From Octopus bimaculoides (Eukaryota), in NCBI RefSeq assembly GCF_001194135.2, contig NC_068984.1, positions 137,139,866 through 137,203,865 on the forward strand: DNA of 64,000 nucleotides, written 5' to 3'. The translations under genes were made by a program, and so were the position numbers. A model generated the notes under the pieces. It did no database searches. It saw nothing but the letters and a program-made list of their open reading frames with translations, and had not been told where the DNA came from. Positions 38,901 to 53,592 of this stretch are shown here, one piece after another (the stretch's first letter is position 1; every line of letters starts with the position of its first letter).

Positions 38901-41900
38901 NNNNNNNNNNNNNNNNNNNNNNNNNNNNNNNNNNNNNNNNNNNNNNNNNNNNNNNNNNNNNNNNNNNNNNNNNNNNNNNNNNNNNNNNNNNNNNNNNNNN
39001 NNNNNNNNNNNNNNNNNNNNNNNNNNNNNNNNNATATATATATATATATATATATATATATACGTATGTATATGTGTGTGTATGTATGTATATATGTGTG
39101 TATCTGTGTTTGTCCCCCTACCTTCGCTTGACAACCGATGTTGGTGTGTTTACATCCCTGTAACTTAGCAAAGTCCTGGGGTCAATTTGTTCGAACAAAG
39201 GTGGTGCTCCAGCATGGCCATAGTCAAATGACCGAAACAAGTAAAGGAATAAATAACAAAAAATAGAATAAGTACTCGAAGCAGGTCAGTATTATTAACC
39301 ATGTCAAATTTGCTATATTTCATGCATTTCGTTGTTATTTTCTGGCTTTTACAGACATACACCAACTTCAGGATAACTTTAACCCCGCTGATCAACTTAA
39401 TCACTGTATTCCGCCAACTGGAAGGCCTTTATACGAAGTACAACTGTAAAATGACAGCTGCAAGTTTTGCACAGGTAACATTTATGGCTTTTTTGTTTTT
39501 TTTTTTGTTTTCTTTCTTTATCTCCTTCAGTATTTCCAGATTATTATTACAATGTCGACTCTGCCTTTCATCCTGGGGCGGGGAGGGGGGGGGGTAAAAT
39601 ATGTACCAGCTGAGTACAGGGGTCGATTACATCGATTTGCAACCACCCCTGATATGACACTTGCAACTTTGCATCCAATGGTTTAAACTAGTTCTTTGTG
39701 GGCAAACACATGTAATTTAGTGGGATTGGCTCTGTACAAAGTCTTTCCTCTAACTTAAACAAGCACAGACATCACTTAATTTTTCACGTCTCCCTTATTA
39801 GTTGCATATCATTATCATCATCATTTAACGTCCGTTTTCCATGCTGGCATGGTTGAACAGTTTGACAAGAGCTGTCCAGGCGGTGAGCTGGCAGAATCGT
39901 TAGCACGCTGGGCAAAATGCTTAGCAGTATTTCGTCTGTGTTTACGTTCTGAGTTCAAATTCCGCCGAGGTCGATAAATTAAGTACCAGTTACGCACTGG
40001 GGTCGATGTAATCAACATAATCCCTTTGTCTGTCCTTGTTTGTCCCTCCTATGTTTAGCCCCGTGTGGGCAGTAAAGAAATAAGAGCTGTCCAGGCTTCA
40101 GTTGTCTGTTTCGGCATGGATTCTACAGCTGGATGCCCTTCCTAAATCCAGCCACTTTACTAGATGTTTTTACGTGCCACCAGCATGGGTGCATTTTATA
40201 AGGCACTGGCACAGTTGCTTTTTATGTGGCACTGGTACCAGCAGAGTTGCCAAGTAACTTGCAACAGTTACTTCAGTAAATACCTTCAGATGAATAGTGC
40301 AGTTAATTAAGCTTTCTATGATGTGTTTGCTTTAAGTATGATACACAGATTGCTGTTTTAATCCAATATTGCTTTTGTTGCACTTACTGAATTTTCATTT
40401 GTTAAAAAAGTTAAAGATAAACCTTGTTAGTTTAATGTTATTCATTTTCTTTTACATTCAGGAAACTATTGAGTCGGTTGTCTTTCGGATGCTGGATCGC
40501 TTGGTGGCCATAGAATTGATGGACAAAACCCTCAAGGAAGTTATCCACCCATATATAAAAGAATACCAACTCAATGAGGATGACATATTCTGCAAATATA
40601 TTAAAGTATGAATGTTGTTGGTCTTGTTGTTATTGAGCATTTCTCTTTTTTATATGAAATGTTACTATCCTCTATATTTTGTGACCATTTCATAGAAATT
40701 CAGAATTTCAGATACTTGTTTTTTCTTCAATTACTAACCATTTCTGTACCACAGTTATCCCTTTCATTATATTCATTTAACATCTGTGGTTCACGAAGGC
40801 ATGGGTTGTACAATTTCAAGAGGATCCAAAGACTGGTCCAAAGAGTGCATTTTGTTCCTGTGGTTGCTACAGCTGGATGCCCTTCTTAATGCCAACCACT
40901 TTACAGAGTGTATTTGGGTTCCTATTTTGTGACACCAGTACAAGTGAGATCACTATACGGCTTGCAAGGCTATGATCCCCTTCAACTGAGCAGGGCTGCA
41001 GTGGAGAGGGAAGCAGTCTATGCTATCGGTTGATTGCATCATTGTATAACAATTGCTCTTTCTTTGCTAGTGTATGGTACTGGTATGCTGACACCACGAT
41101 CAACTAGCTCTCCCAACAGTACATGTCTTTAAGCCTTCAGCATTTAAACTAGTTGTATCTTGTCAAAATATTCTGTTCATCATCATCATTTAACATTTGT
41201 TGTCCATGCTGGCATGGGTTGAACAGTGTGGCCAGAGCTGGCATGCTGGGTGGCAGGTGTACCAGACTCCAGCCTGTTCTGGTATGGTTTCTACAACTGG
41301 ATGCCCTTCCTAATGCCAGCCACTTTACAGAGTGTACTGGGTGCTTTTACATGTTGTATGTTCAGACTAGTCGACTCTGGCCTCTCACACCTACCCTACA
41401 ATATCATTCAAAAAACAAACAATCGCATCACTGAAGTCTTGACGCTGCAAAATAATCCATGATTATTTCAAAACAGTGTGAATATGTACACATCACATTT
41501 GACTGAGAAACCTGAATGCTAAATGGTTAACATCTCCCAAAACATTTGTTGATTTATTGTAATTCTTCTTCTGAATATTCTTTTTGGTTTTTCTAGGATC
41601 TTCTCGAACGAACTCACTGCATCAACTATCTTGGCCACGCACATTGGGAATCGAAAGCTTTGGCTGTCATTGGTTATATTTCTGATGTAAAAGTTAGTAT
41701 TGTTAACCTGTTCTGCTAGTTCTACTGGCTGTTGAACTATTTTGACTTTTATTGTCTTGTTATTATTGTGTTGAATCCTCTATTTGTTTTTTTTTTTCTC
41801 TTTTTCTTAGCAGTCACCATTTTTAATGCATCATTTAGCTTTACTTGAAAACCATTACCATATTTACTGGCACAAAAGACACTCGGGCATATTGGATGCA

Positions 41901-44900
41901 CTCAAATTTCAGCAGTACATCATCATCATAGTTTAACGTCCAGCTTTTCATGCTGGCATGGGTTGGACGTGGCAAGCCAGGAGGCTGCACCTGGCTCCAA
42001 TCTGATCTGGTAAAGTTTCTATAACTGGATGCCCTTCTTAATGCCAACCACTCCGAGAGTGTAGTGGGTGCTTTTTACGTGCCTTAGGAAAAAAGGTTTT
42101 TAGTGCTTTAACCCTTTCCTTAATGACCTGGCTGAAACCGGTTCTGGCTCTGAGTATGTTTCCATAAGTTTTGAATTAATTCTTTGTTATATTTAAAGTA
42201 TAATTGAAAGAAACACAGAGAATCTCAAAATAAATATAGTAATGAAAGGGTTAAAGCATATAATATTAGCCCAACTTCACATATAGGATCCAGTTTTTTT
42301 CATTATTAAGACATTTTTCTAGAAAAACACAATTATGTCTCATATGCCATCAAAAACAATTAACTGGGCATTTCAATACATTTTGATAAGAATTGCAGAT
42401 GGCAGAATTAGTCAGACACTGTATTACTGTATTTATTTCTTTATTGCCCACAGGGGGCTAAACATAGAGGGGACAAAAAGGATTATGTCGATTACATCAG
42501 TCCCAGTGATTAACTGGTACTTATTTAATCGACCCCAAAAGCATGAAAGGCAAAGTCGGCCTCAGCAGAATTTGAATTCAATATAATGGCAGACGAAAGT
42601 GCTGGGATCGATACATTCAACTCAAAATCCTTCATGGTGGTGCTCCAGCATGGCTGCAGTCAGGTGACTGAAACGAGGAAAAGATAAAGGGTAAAAGATC
42701 AGCCCTAAATATTCTCTCTTTTTGATGTTCAGATCTGGCCTCTCATACCTACCCTACCTAAAGCATTACTCTAAAAATAAACAATCAGTTCATTGAAATC
42801 TCAAAGCTACAAACAGGTAATGCATGACTTAATTCAAATCAATGTGAATAAATTAGCATAACATTTGACAGAGAAATCTGAATGTTGAACGGTTAAATGC
42901 TTTGAGGTCTTTCTGGAGTTGGCTTAAACTACACTTAGGTCATGTTTATCACTACTAGAAATAAACAATATTGTGAAACAGACATGCGAGACAAAAGTCA
43001 TTTTTTTGTGTCTTTTAGCAAAAAATTTCTGCTGTGCTGGAAGTCATAAAATGGGCACCAATTCCATGGTCTGATGGTATTCGCATACTAGTAGATGATA
43101 CTACCAAACTAAAACAACCAGAGTGAGTTCTGCAACCCATTTTTCTCTCTTTCAGTTTATATATATTATCATCATCATCATCGTTTGACGTCCACTTTCC
43201 ATGCTAGCATGGGTTGGACGATTTGACTGAGGACTGGGGAACCAGATGGCTGCACCAGGCTCCAATCTGATCTGGCAGAGTTTCTACAGCTGAATGCTCT
43301 TCCTAACGCCAACCACTCCGAGAGTGTAGTAGTTGTGGTGAAAGAGTATAGCAGGGTTCGCCACCACTCCCTGCCAGAGCCTCGAGGAGCTTTAGGTGTT
43401 TTCACTCAATAAACACCCACAACGCCCGGTCTGGGGATCAAAAGTGCAATATATCATCATCATCATCATCGTTTAACATCCGCTTTCCATGCTAGCATGG
43501 GTTGGACGATTTGACTGAGGACTGGTGAAACCGGATGGCAACACCAGGCTCCAATCTAATTTGGCAGAGTTTCTACAGCTGGATGCCCTTCCTAACGCCA
43601 ACCACTCAGAGAGTGTAGTGGGTGCTTTTACGTGTCACCCGCACGAAAACGGCCACGCTCGAAATGGTGTCTTTTATGTGCCACCCGCACAAACCAGTCC
43701 AGGGGCACTGGCAACGATCTCACTCGAAAATCCTACGGGAGTCAGTCNNNNNNNNNNNNNNNNNNNNNNNNNNNNNNNNNNNNNNNNNNNNNNNNNNNNN
43801 NNNNNNNNNNNNNNNNNNNNNNNNNNNNNNNNNNNNNNNNNNNNNNNNNNNNNNNNNNNNNNNNNNNNNNNNNNNNNNNNNNNNNNNNNNNNNNNNNNNN
43901 NNNNNNNNNNNNNNNNNNNNNNNNNNNNNNNNNNNNNNNNNNNNNNNNNNNNNNNNNNNNNNNNNNNNNNNNNNNNNNNNNNNNNNNNNNNNNNNNNNNN
44001 NNNNNNNNNNNNNNNNNNNNNNNNNNNNNNNNNNNNNNNNNNNNNNNNNNNNNNNNNNNNNNNNNNNNNNNNNNNNNNNNNNNNNNNNNNNNNNNNNNNN
44101 NNNNNNNNNNNNNNNNNNNNNNNNNNNNNNNNNNNNNNNNNNNNNNNNNNNNNNNNNNNNNNNNNNNNNNNNNNNNNNNNNNNNNNNNNNNNNNNNNNNN
44201 NNNNNNNNNNNNNNNNNNNNNNNNNNNNNNNNNNNNNNNNNNNNNNNNNNNNNNNNNNNNNNNNNNNNNNNNNNNNNNNNNNNNNNNNNNNNNNNNNNNN
44301 NNNNNNNNNNNNNNNNNNNNNNNNNNNNNNNNNNNNNNNNNNNNNNNNNNNNNNNNNNNNNNNNNNNNNNNNNNNNNNNNNNNNNNNNNNNNNNNNNNNN
44401 NNNNNNNNNNNNNNNNNNNNNNNNNNNNNNNNNNNNNNNNNNNNNNNNNNNNNNNNNNNNNNNNNNNNNNNNNNNNNNNNNNNNNNNNNNNNNNNNNNNN
44501 NNNNNNNNNNNNNNNNNNNNNNNNNNNNNNNNNNNNNNNNNNNNNNNNNNNNNNNNNNNNNNNGCCCAGGCTATTCTTATTCTAGCAGCTACACTTTCAG
44601 CGCACCCACCCCCACTACTAACTTGGTCGCCCAGATAGCGGAAGCTATCGACTACCTCTAGTTTTTCACCCTGGAATGAGATAGAAGTTGTTTCCTGTTT
44701 GCTTACAGTCTTTATTGCACCTGAACATCTGCCACAAACAAAAACTAACTTGCTAGTTAACCTGCCTTTGATGTTGCTGCACCTCTTATGTGTCCATAGA
44801 TATATATATATATATATATATATATCAATCATCGTCATCATACGTCCTCCTTCCTTGCTGGCATGGGTTGGATAGTTTGATAGAAGCCTGCGCCATACTT

Positions 44901-46811
44901 CTGTGTCAGTTTTGGCACTGTTTTTATGGCTAGATGCCCTTCCTAACACCTACCAATTCACAAAGTGGGCTGAGTGCATTTTATGTAGCACCAGCACAGG
45001 CAAGATCAGCCTGATGCCCTTCCAAATGCCAACCACTTTGCAGTGTGGACTGGGTGCTTTATAAGTAGCATCAGCACTGGCAGGGTCACCAAGTAACTTT
45101 ACAAGACAAGGAATCTTTAAGAGGAGAGGCAGCATCGGAGGGGGTGATCTTGTCAGATGATGAACTGTTAGTGTGACAGACAGACAGAAACAGGTGTCTT
45201 AAACGTTTTCTGTCCTAATGGTTAAGTTTCACTTACTGTGATGACTGTCTTTTTATCATTCCAGTTAATTATATAACTAATTTACTATGCATTTTGTTAA
45301 ATTACTATCACTCACCAGTTCGACCTGATCCCTTCCACCATTTCTTCAAAAATGTAAGTAGCCATGTAGCTCCTTTATACTAAGAAACCTGTTCTGTTCC
45401 AGCCCTTTTTCTCTCATACTTCACCCCTCTCTGCTACTTAATCTCCTAACATAGTGTTGATCCCTTCTCCTCCACCTGAGGTTTGCAATCTTCCTAGCTG
45501 CATGAAGTAATTAAGAGCATAAAGCTCTTCCTTGTTATCACCTCCCTGGACAGACCTCCAGCTTGCCACTGGATTAACCTACCCTCTTCTCCCCAGCTGG
45601 TACTTCTATCAGCAGGGTAGACTGGTGCAACACGAAATTTAGTGCCTTGTGCAAAGGTTCAACATGTCATCTTGTCCTTGTAATGTGACACCCTCACTAT
45701 TCTCTCTTATATAAATAGTATATGATTTATAGGAGCTGCAGATGGCTGAGTCACTGAGGTATCAGACTACCAACCAAAGCATCAGTGGTTCATATCTCAT
45801 TATTTACATTCTGCAGTGTTCATGGCCTAATCCCTTTACTTTCACTGACCCCATGTGCAACTAGCTGTGAAAAGATGTATCTGGCTCTGAAATTTTTCCT
45901 TCAGTAATCGTGTTAAGTTTTCAGAATAATTTTACTCCAAAATATCGAAATGATTCCAAACTTCTGCTGTAACTTCTCTAGGACCTCCTGTGATAGTTCT
46001 TTCTTTCCATATACAGAGTAGAGGCCATTAAAAAATATGCCAAGCTTGTGGAGCTGAAGTTGCGTCTTGCAAGATATGATCTGAAAGGAATCAATGTTCC
46101 CACTCCAAACACAGAAGAAGCTCTGGTAAATTTTATCTTTTCTCAAAAGTAGTTTCCTTTTTTCTGCTCCTCACCTCAAATGTTTTTTTTAAAGTTATAT
46201 AAATATAGAGAGAGACCTGGAAACTGATGTTATGGTAACCCCACCTGTAAACACTGTTTTGTAGTCTAGTGACATTGGTGGTGTTCGCTTGCAAACACAG
46301 GTGTTATAAAAATATCTTATTTGATAGAAAAAAAACGCATAAGATTTGGCAACAGTAAGTGCATCTTGCAATGCAGTACTGCCATAAGTCTTTGCATGTC
46401 CAAAGCATTTTTATCAATTTGTCCTAAATGCCCATGCTTGGTTTCTGACTTGTAATTAGCCTTTGTTTTATGTTCTTAGTAATGTAAAGCTTTCCTGCCA
46501 TGCGACCCCCAAATCTTATGAAAATATTGAAAAAAAAATTGGGAATGTGTATCATGGATGATGCATGAGCATCAGGGAGATATATCCTGTGTATCACATG
46601 ATACAAAGGACACTTTTACTTGTTTCAGTCATTTGACTGTGGCCATGCTGGAGCACTGCTTTTAGTCGAGCAAATCGACCCCAGGACTTATTCTTTGGAA
46701 GCCTAGTATTTATTCTATCGGCCTCTTTTGCAGAACTGCTAAGTTACAGGGACATAAATACACCAGCATTGGTTGTCAAGCGATGTTGGGGGGACAAACA
46801 CAAATACACAA

Positions 46812-46860
<49 letters not shown>

Positions 46861-49800
46861 CATATATACGATGAGCTTCTTTCAGTTTCCGTCTACCAAA
46901 TCCACTCACAAGGCTTTGGTCAGCCCGAGGCTACAGTAGAAGACACTTACCCAAGGTGCCACGCAATGGGACTGAACCCAGAACCATGTGGTTGGTAAGC
47001 AAGCTACTTACCACACAGCCACTCCTACGCCTATACGACTGTCTAAAGATTAATAACACTTATATGATCCATGCCAACATTGAAAAAACAAATGTAAAAA
47101 CAATGATGTAAATGGTTAAATCTTAACCCTTTATTTTTTAACCAGTTTTTATGATGTTCCATAATTCCAGCAATTGGCCAAATACATTCTCCACAAAGAT
47201 TTGCCTGAAAGTATGGAAGATGCTCTACATATTTTGAAACCAGTTGACATCTGTATGAAAAGAGAGCTCTATGTCTTCCGCTTGAGACAGTATATGGTGA
47301 AAGATAAGGTAAGGGTTGTCTTATCATCGACCACATTTGGTTTTGCTGTTGTTGTTTGCTTCCATTAATATTCTGTTAGATGTGTAATGTCAGGTTGTAT
47401 TAAAGCCAGAGTAAAGGTGAGCTGGTAGAGCTGTTAGCATTTCAGACTAAATGCTTTACAGCGTTTCTTCTGGTTCTTTACATCCTGAGTTTATATCCTG
47501 CCAAGATCAACTTTGCCTTTCGTGCCTTCAGGCTTGGTGAAATAGAGTACCAGTCAAGTACTGGCGCTGATATAATGAACTGGAACCCCGTAGTGGACTG
47601 ACGTCTAGTTGAGGAGCTTTGGTGTGATTTTGGTCACTTATACACTGTGGAATCCGGGTAACTAGATTTATGTGTCCTGGGGCTGAAAGGCGGGGGATAG
47701 AAGAAAGAGATGTGCTTAGGGTGCTGTTAGTGCTCCGCTGGCACAGGTGAAATAATTTATTTACTGTACTTGCATTATTTGTTGGTATTCACAATTCCTC
47801 ACGACATGTATTTGTTTACAACTGCTATGAGTTGAGAGGAATAAAAGCAGGGTACATTTGTGTTAGAACTGAATATGTTCTGTGTCTGTGTGTGTGTCGT
47901 TCATCTGAGAAAGTAGTAGACTATCTCGTGTTGTCTCTGCGTCCCGAACCTTTCTCACTCTCTCTGTCTTTCTGCGTCCCGAACCTTTCTGTCTGTCCCT
48001 CTGCTGACCACAATATTTATAACAGCCGCGGCAGCTAGAAAGACAGACATACAGCAGGTCAGCTCCTATCCATTTGAACTTCGCCTGACATGGCTGAGGT
48101 CGTAGGTCAAACGGAGATGATTTATCATGTTTTGACCGGACAAAGAAAATTCCTTTCACACAAGCAAGAATCCTTAGATTTGGTTTCGAATCTAAGCTTA
48201 GAGGAAATAAGTATTAGTTTTTACACTGTGTTCAAAACATGCTTACTTTTAAATATTTTCTTCTTTTTTTTTTTTAATGGTAATTAGTTGAAAGAATGCT
48301 TTGATCTGCTGAAGTCTCTGGAACCAGAATTGTCCAAATCTTGTGCTCAACAGCTCTTGGACTTCTGTATTATTGATTTGGATGAAGAACCTATTTTTGA
48401 TGAGGCGGTAAGTAACCTCCACAAACACACAGATAAACCAAGATGAGCGACTACAATGCTCCGCTTTCACTTATATGCACAGGGTAAAAATAATAATTAA
48501 AAAAACTAATAATTTTATGGCTACTGCTGCTGCTACTACTACTCCCATTACTACCAGGTTTTCTCTGAAGTCAGTAGTTCTCAACGTTTTGTTGATTCGG
48601 TATCTCCTGTAACTGAATGGTGTTTTACAAACACCCTCCATTCACATGTTTTACCAAAAAATAATAAATAGATAAAGCAGCAAATTATTTTAGTCGACAT
48701 TTGGCGAATTTGTGTGCCCCGTACCCCCTCCCCCCATATTTGTTTTTTATGAAAATTACTTATGAAAGCAGGGACTTTCATAATGAAATTACTGTCAAAT
48801 TGGACACATCATCAGTCACATTTCCTCTTTTTGAAAACAGTTTCCAACTCCTGTTCTAATCCTGACAGATGTTTTCTGAAAATCATCATCATTTAATGTC
48901 CAGTTTACATGCTGGTGTGGGTTGGACAGTTTGACAGAATCTGGCAAGCTGCAGGGCTGCACCAAACTCCAGTGTCAACTTTGGCATGTTTTCTGCAGAT
49001 GGATGTCCTTCCTAACAGACAACCATTTTACAGTGTGTACTGGATGCTTTTTCTGTGTTACAGACACTAATGAGGTCACCAAGTAAGTTGTAAGACAGAG
49101 AATGAAGGGTGGGGGAAAATACACCTTAAAGTGTGTGGCGTGGGGTGTGGCTTTATGTCAGGTGTTAAATGGCTAAAGTACAATGGTAGGACAAGCACAG
49201 GTGCCTTGCTGTTGAGGAGATATATGGCTACCTTACATTATATAAAGGTACATGAGAGAAGCTGGGAAGAAGATATGGTAGTGATGGGATGCTAGAGAAA
49301 GCTCTCAAGGTGTGGTTTCAGTATTTTTTAATTTCTTAGAAAAATCAGTGTCCTTCTTAATCTCCAACACCCCACCCATCCAGTCCCGTGGTGCACCCTT
49401 GACGTTTGTCACCACCACCAAAGGGAGCTACCGTCCAGTTTAACCCATTAAGTCCCAGAGTACTTAAATTTCTGAATATTACTTTTAAATTTTTACAGAT
49501 GATTGAAAATAGGTTAAAATGAAAAAAATAATTATTAACACTCCTTTACTTGAAGTAGAAATGGAAATACTTGGTGTCCTATAAATAGGACACTGAGACA
49601 ATGTGATATAGCTTATTTAATGTTCTCATTTAGTGTCCTATTTATAGGACAATGGGACTTAATGGGTTAAGAACCACTTTGTTTCTGTTGTGGCGTGACG
49701 CTTATTATTTTTAATAACGTATTGAAGAAAATATTTGTTCAGTCAACATGGAGTAATATTTTGTGTGAATGTTACATTTGCAGGAGACAAACCAAAGCAA

Positions 49801-51314
49801 AAAACTGGCCATTGCAACTGGAAAATGTGTGATTGAATGCCTAAAACTGCTCACAACAGGTATGTAAATCTTCTCATCCGTCTTTTCCTCACTGTTGACA
49901 GGGACCTGAATTAAGGCTCTTTCTTCATTAATTAACATTTGTTTGATTTTAAAATGAACTCTATATTGCAGTGTTGGGTCACCTTGAATATTTTTTTATA
50001 CAGGCGCAAGTGTGACTGTGGTCATCAAGTTTGCTTCCCAACCAAGCTGAGCCCCACTTTAAGCAAGTGTCCTCTATTGTACCCCCTGGTTGACTAAAGC
50101 CTTATGAGTGGATTTGGTCGACAGGAACTGAAAGAATCCTCTGTGTGTGTGTGTGTACATGTCTCCCTACCTTGGCATCATATTTGTTATAAATGAACGT
50201 CGTTCATTTCAATATTCAGTCGGTGGCATGTAAAACGCACCATTCAAGTGTGGTCGATGCCAGTACCGCTTCACTGGCCCTCGTGCTGGTGGCACATAAA
50301 AAGCACCCACTACACTCTCGGAGTGGTTGGCATTAAGAAGGGCATCCAGCTTTAGAAACTTTGCCATATCAGATTGGAGCCTGGTGCGACCTTCTGGCTT
50401 GCCAGTCCTCAGTCAAACCGTCCAACCCATGCCAGCATGGAAAGCGGATGTTAAACAACGACAGTGATGATGCATAAACATGTTTGGCCATAGGGAACAT
50501 TACCACATTACCTTGCTTGGAAACAAGTTAAGGCTGATGGCAGGAAGAGCATCCAGCCATTCAAAATGTGTCTCAGTAAACCCTGGCCAACCCATTCAAG
50601 CATGGAAAAGTACACATGGAAACAATGGTGATTTAGTGATTAAATTTCTTTTGTATTAATTCGCTTTTCAGATTTCCTTGAGACGGAGACTCTTGCTGAG
50701 CTTAAAAAAGATTTAGAGCATCTACAATCTCTGCAAGTAAGATGTTTATGTATCACTACATTTTATTTCAATTATCTTGTGAACTTGAGGGAAGAGGAGG
50801 GTATACCGAGTGAGCAAAGCAGACTGACATCTGTCAGTCCACAAAACAGATCTTATTTATATAGACATCGCATGACAGAAAAAAAAGGTCCAAAATACTA
50901 TTTAATTGATTATCCAAGCCTTCATTCACAAGCATTCTACAGCTATTAGTCCACTTCCATCCTCTCTCTCTCCCTCCAACTGCATCTTAGTCAATGTCTA
51001 CTCGATAAGTAAATCATGCCTGTAGCTGTGTGGTTTAAAAAAATGTTCTTTTGTTGGGTCCTTTTTTTTCTTCTTTCTTTATGTTTTTATTGCTTTATCT
51101 GTAGGATTTCTGTTGGTTTTTCTGTTTTACAAGATGTCTTTCACCTGAACTTCCCGCTACTGTTTGTTATTTTCAGGTTGAGTTCCACTTGTATCCCACC
51201 TTTCACAAATTTCAACAGCCTCATTTCAGAGAGATGATATTGTGGGATTACATCAACACAACTCTACCAGAATTTAACATGGAAGTAAGTGGAGTTTTTT
51301 TATTATCATCATCA

Positions 51315-51351
<37 letters not shown>

Positions 51352-51771
51352 TGAGTGAGAGTGCAGTGCATGCCATCAAAGTGACACAAGGGAACAAATA
51401 TACGAAGCCCAGTATACCCATCCTGACTACTCGTCTGATGAGGGTACACCAGGCACATGCATCACAACCATGTGTGTGCGACATGGTGATCTCATATCAA
51501 GATAAACAGCTCATGACCTTGCAGATGGAGCCCAGTTAGAATTTTCTTCAGGTGAAGTAGCCTATCCCACTGAAAAGGTTCCTGAATAAGGATTGTTGAA
51601 GGATTTTGAACGAAACACCCATGTTTCCAAATGTGAATTATCCAAATCCCAAAGAATTCCTCTCAACACATGGCTATGATGCTCCCCCACTACTTCTGCT
51701 CGTGATTAGAGATGCACATATCGTCAGCCACTAAGGGACATGCTCAACTGGTTACGGTCAAGCAAATCTGT

Positions 51772-51809
<38 letters not shown>

Positions 51810-52452
51810 CAACACATACACACACATACGTACGTACACCAATTGCATACATATTTTTTGTACGCATACATGTTCATGTGTGTGTGTTGCACATATATCA
51901 ACAAAACACTTTTTTCCTCAATGGAAAAAAAAAAACAAAAGTCATAACAAAAACTTGCTCTTCGCTAGAAAAGGACTTAACTCCTGTTTGTAAACAATTG
52001 TGATTTCTCCGACTTGAAAATTGTTAAAAGTTTTGGTTGAAAATTTATTTTTACTGCTATTCGCTGGTTGACGAATGTCCTAAAATTGGAGTGACGTGCA
52101 TAAATTACATTCAAGCACACACACATCTACCTTTTATGTATACAGATAATTTTTTTTTTCTTTTTTTGTACATTAACAGTGCTACCAATGGTTTCATGTA
52201 GAAAAATTTCCACAATCCTTCAAGCACTCACTTAAAAGTGTTGGCAATCGATCCAGTTTGGCAACTCCATCTAAAATTGAGGCAGTTCTCAACATTTTCA
52301 AGTGAATGCTTGTAAAATTGTAGAAATTTCAATACATGAAACCATTGGTAGTGCTTGTTAATCCACAAAGAAAGACTATTTATCCACCAGATGCAGTATT
52401 CAGCATTCGTTCTTTTTGTTCAATACTATTATACATCATATATATATATACA

Positions 52453-52500
<48 letters not shown>

Positions 52501-53549
52501 ACCATATTCATTGACTTGCATTTACCAAATCCACTCAAGGCTAAACCATGTATATTTCTCTTCTCTTTTATCATTTCACCATAGCATCGCTTCCACTCCA
52601 TTCTAATAATATTGTTACTTTACTTCCTTGTTTTCTAAACACCATAAATTAATATTTTACTGTTTTATTTCCAGCCTGAAATAATATGCAGGTTGTGCAG
52701 GTAATCAATATTTATCATTGCTTGGTCTATTTACTTGCTGACTTTAAAGGGTGTTTGTTCTTTGGTTTTGTTTGGCTACTTTAGTATTGTGAAGGCACGT
52801 GGCCTGGTGGTTAGAGTGTTGCATCCATGATCACTAGATTCGTCATCGTTGTTTAACTCTGCTTTCCATGCTAGCATGGGTTGGACGGTTTCACTGAGGA
52901 CTGGCAAGCCAGGAAGCGGCACCAGGATCCAATCTGATCTGCCATGGTTTTTCGACTGCTGGATGCCCTTCCTAATGCCAACCACTCCAAGAGTGTAGTG
53001 GGTGCTTTTACATGCCACCGGCACGGGAGCCAGTCAGGTGGCACTGGCATCAGCCACTCTCAAATGGTGCCTTTTGATGAGTGGAATGTTGTGTTCTTAA
53101 GTAATTCCCTTCATTTCTTGTTGCTCCAGTTGACTCATCTGTAAACGGGTACCCCTGCAACATACTAGCTTTCTTATCAGGGGGAATGTTGGCTTGCTAG
53201 CTTGCCTAGCCAGCAGGGTGGCATCATTCAAAAGCTAAAGTGATGCAAAGTGCATTGTGATCAGCGATGTGTAACAACACCCAATAGTCTGGTCGATCAC
53301 ATGATTGCTTCAGTATTAACCCCATGTTTCCTACCCAGTTTGGCTACCCTTAGTATAAATGTTGCAAAAAGAAAAAATGTGTTAACAAAGTGCTTCTATT
53401 TTTTTTCACTCTTTTTTATAGACTTTCTGATATCTTGAAAATTTCTCAAATAGACTTCCTTTCCCAAATGATCATGAAGGCATTACAGGAAAAAAATAAT
53501 AAAGTCTTCCTTCAGCTATGCAAGTAAGTTTCTTTTGGGGATTTTTTTT

Positions 53550-53592
<43 letters not shown>

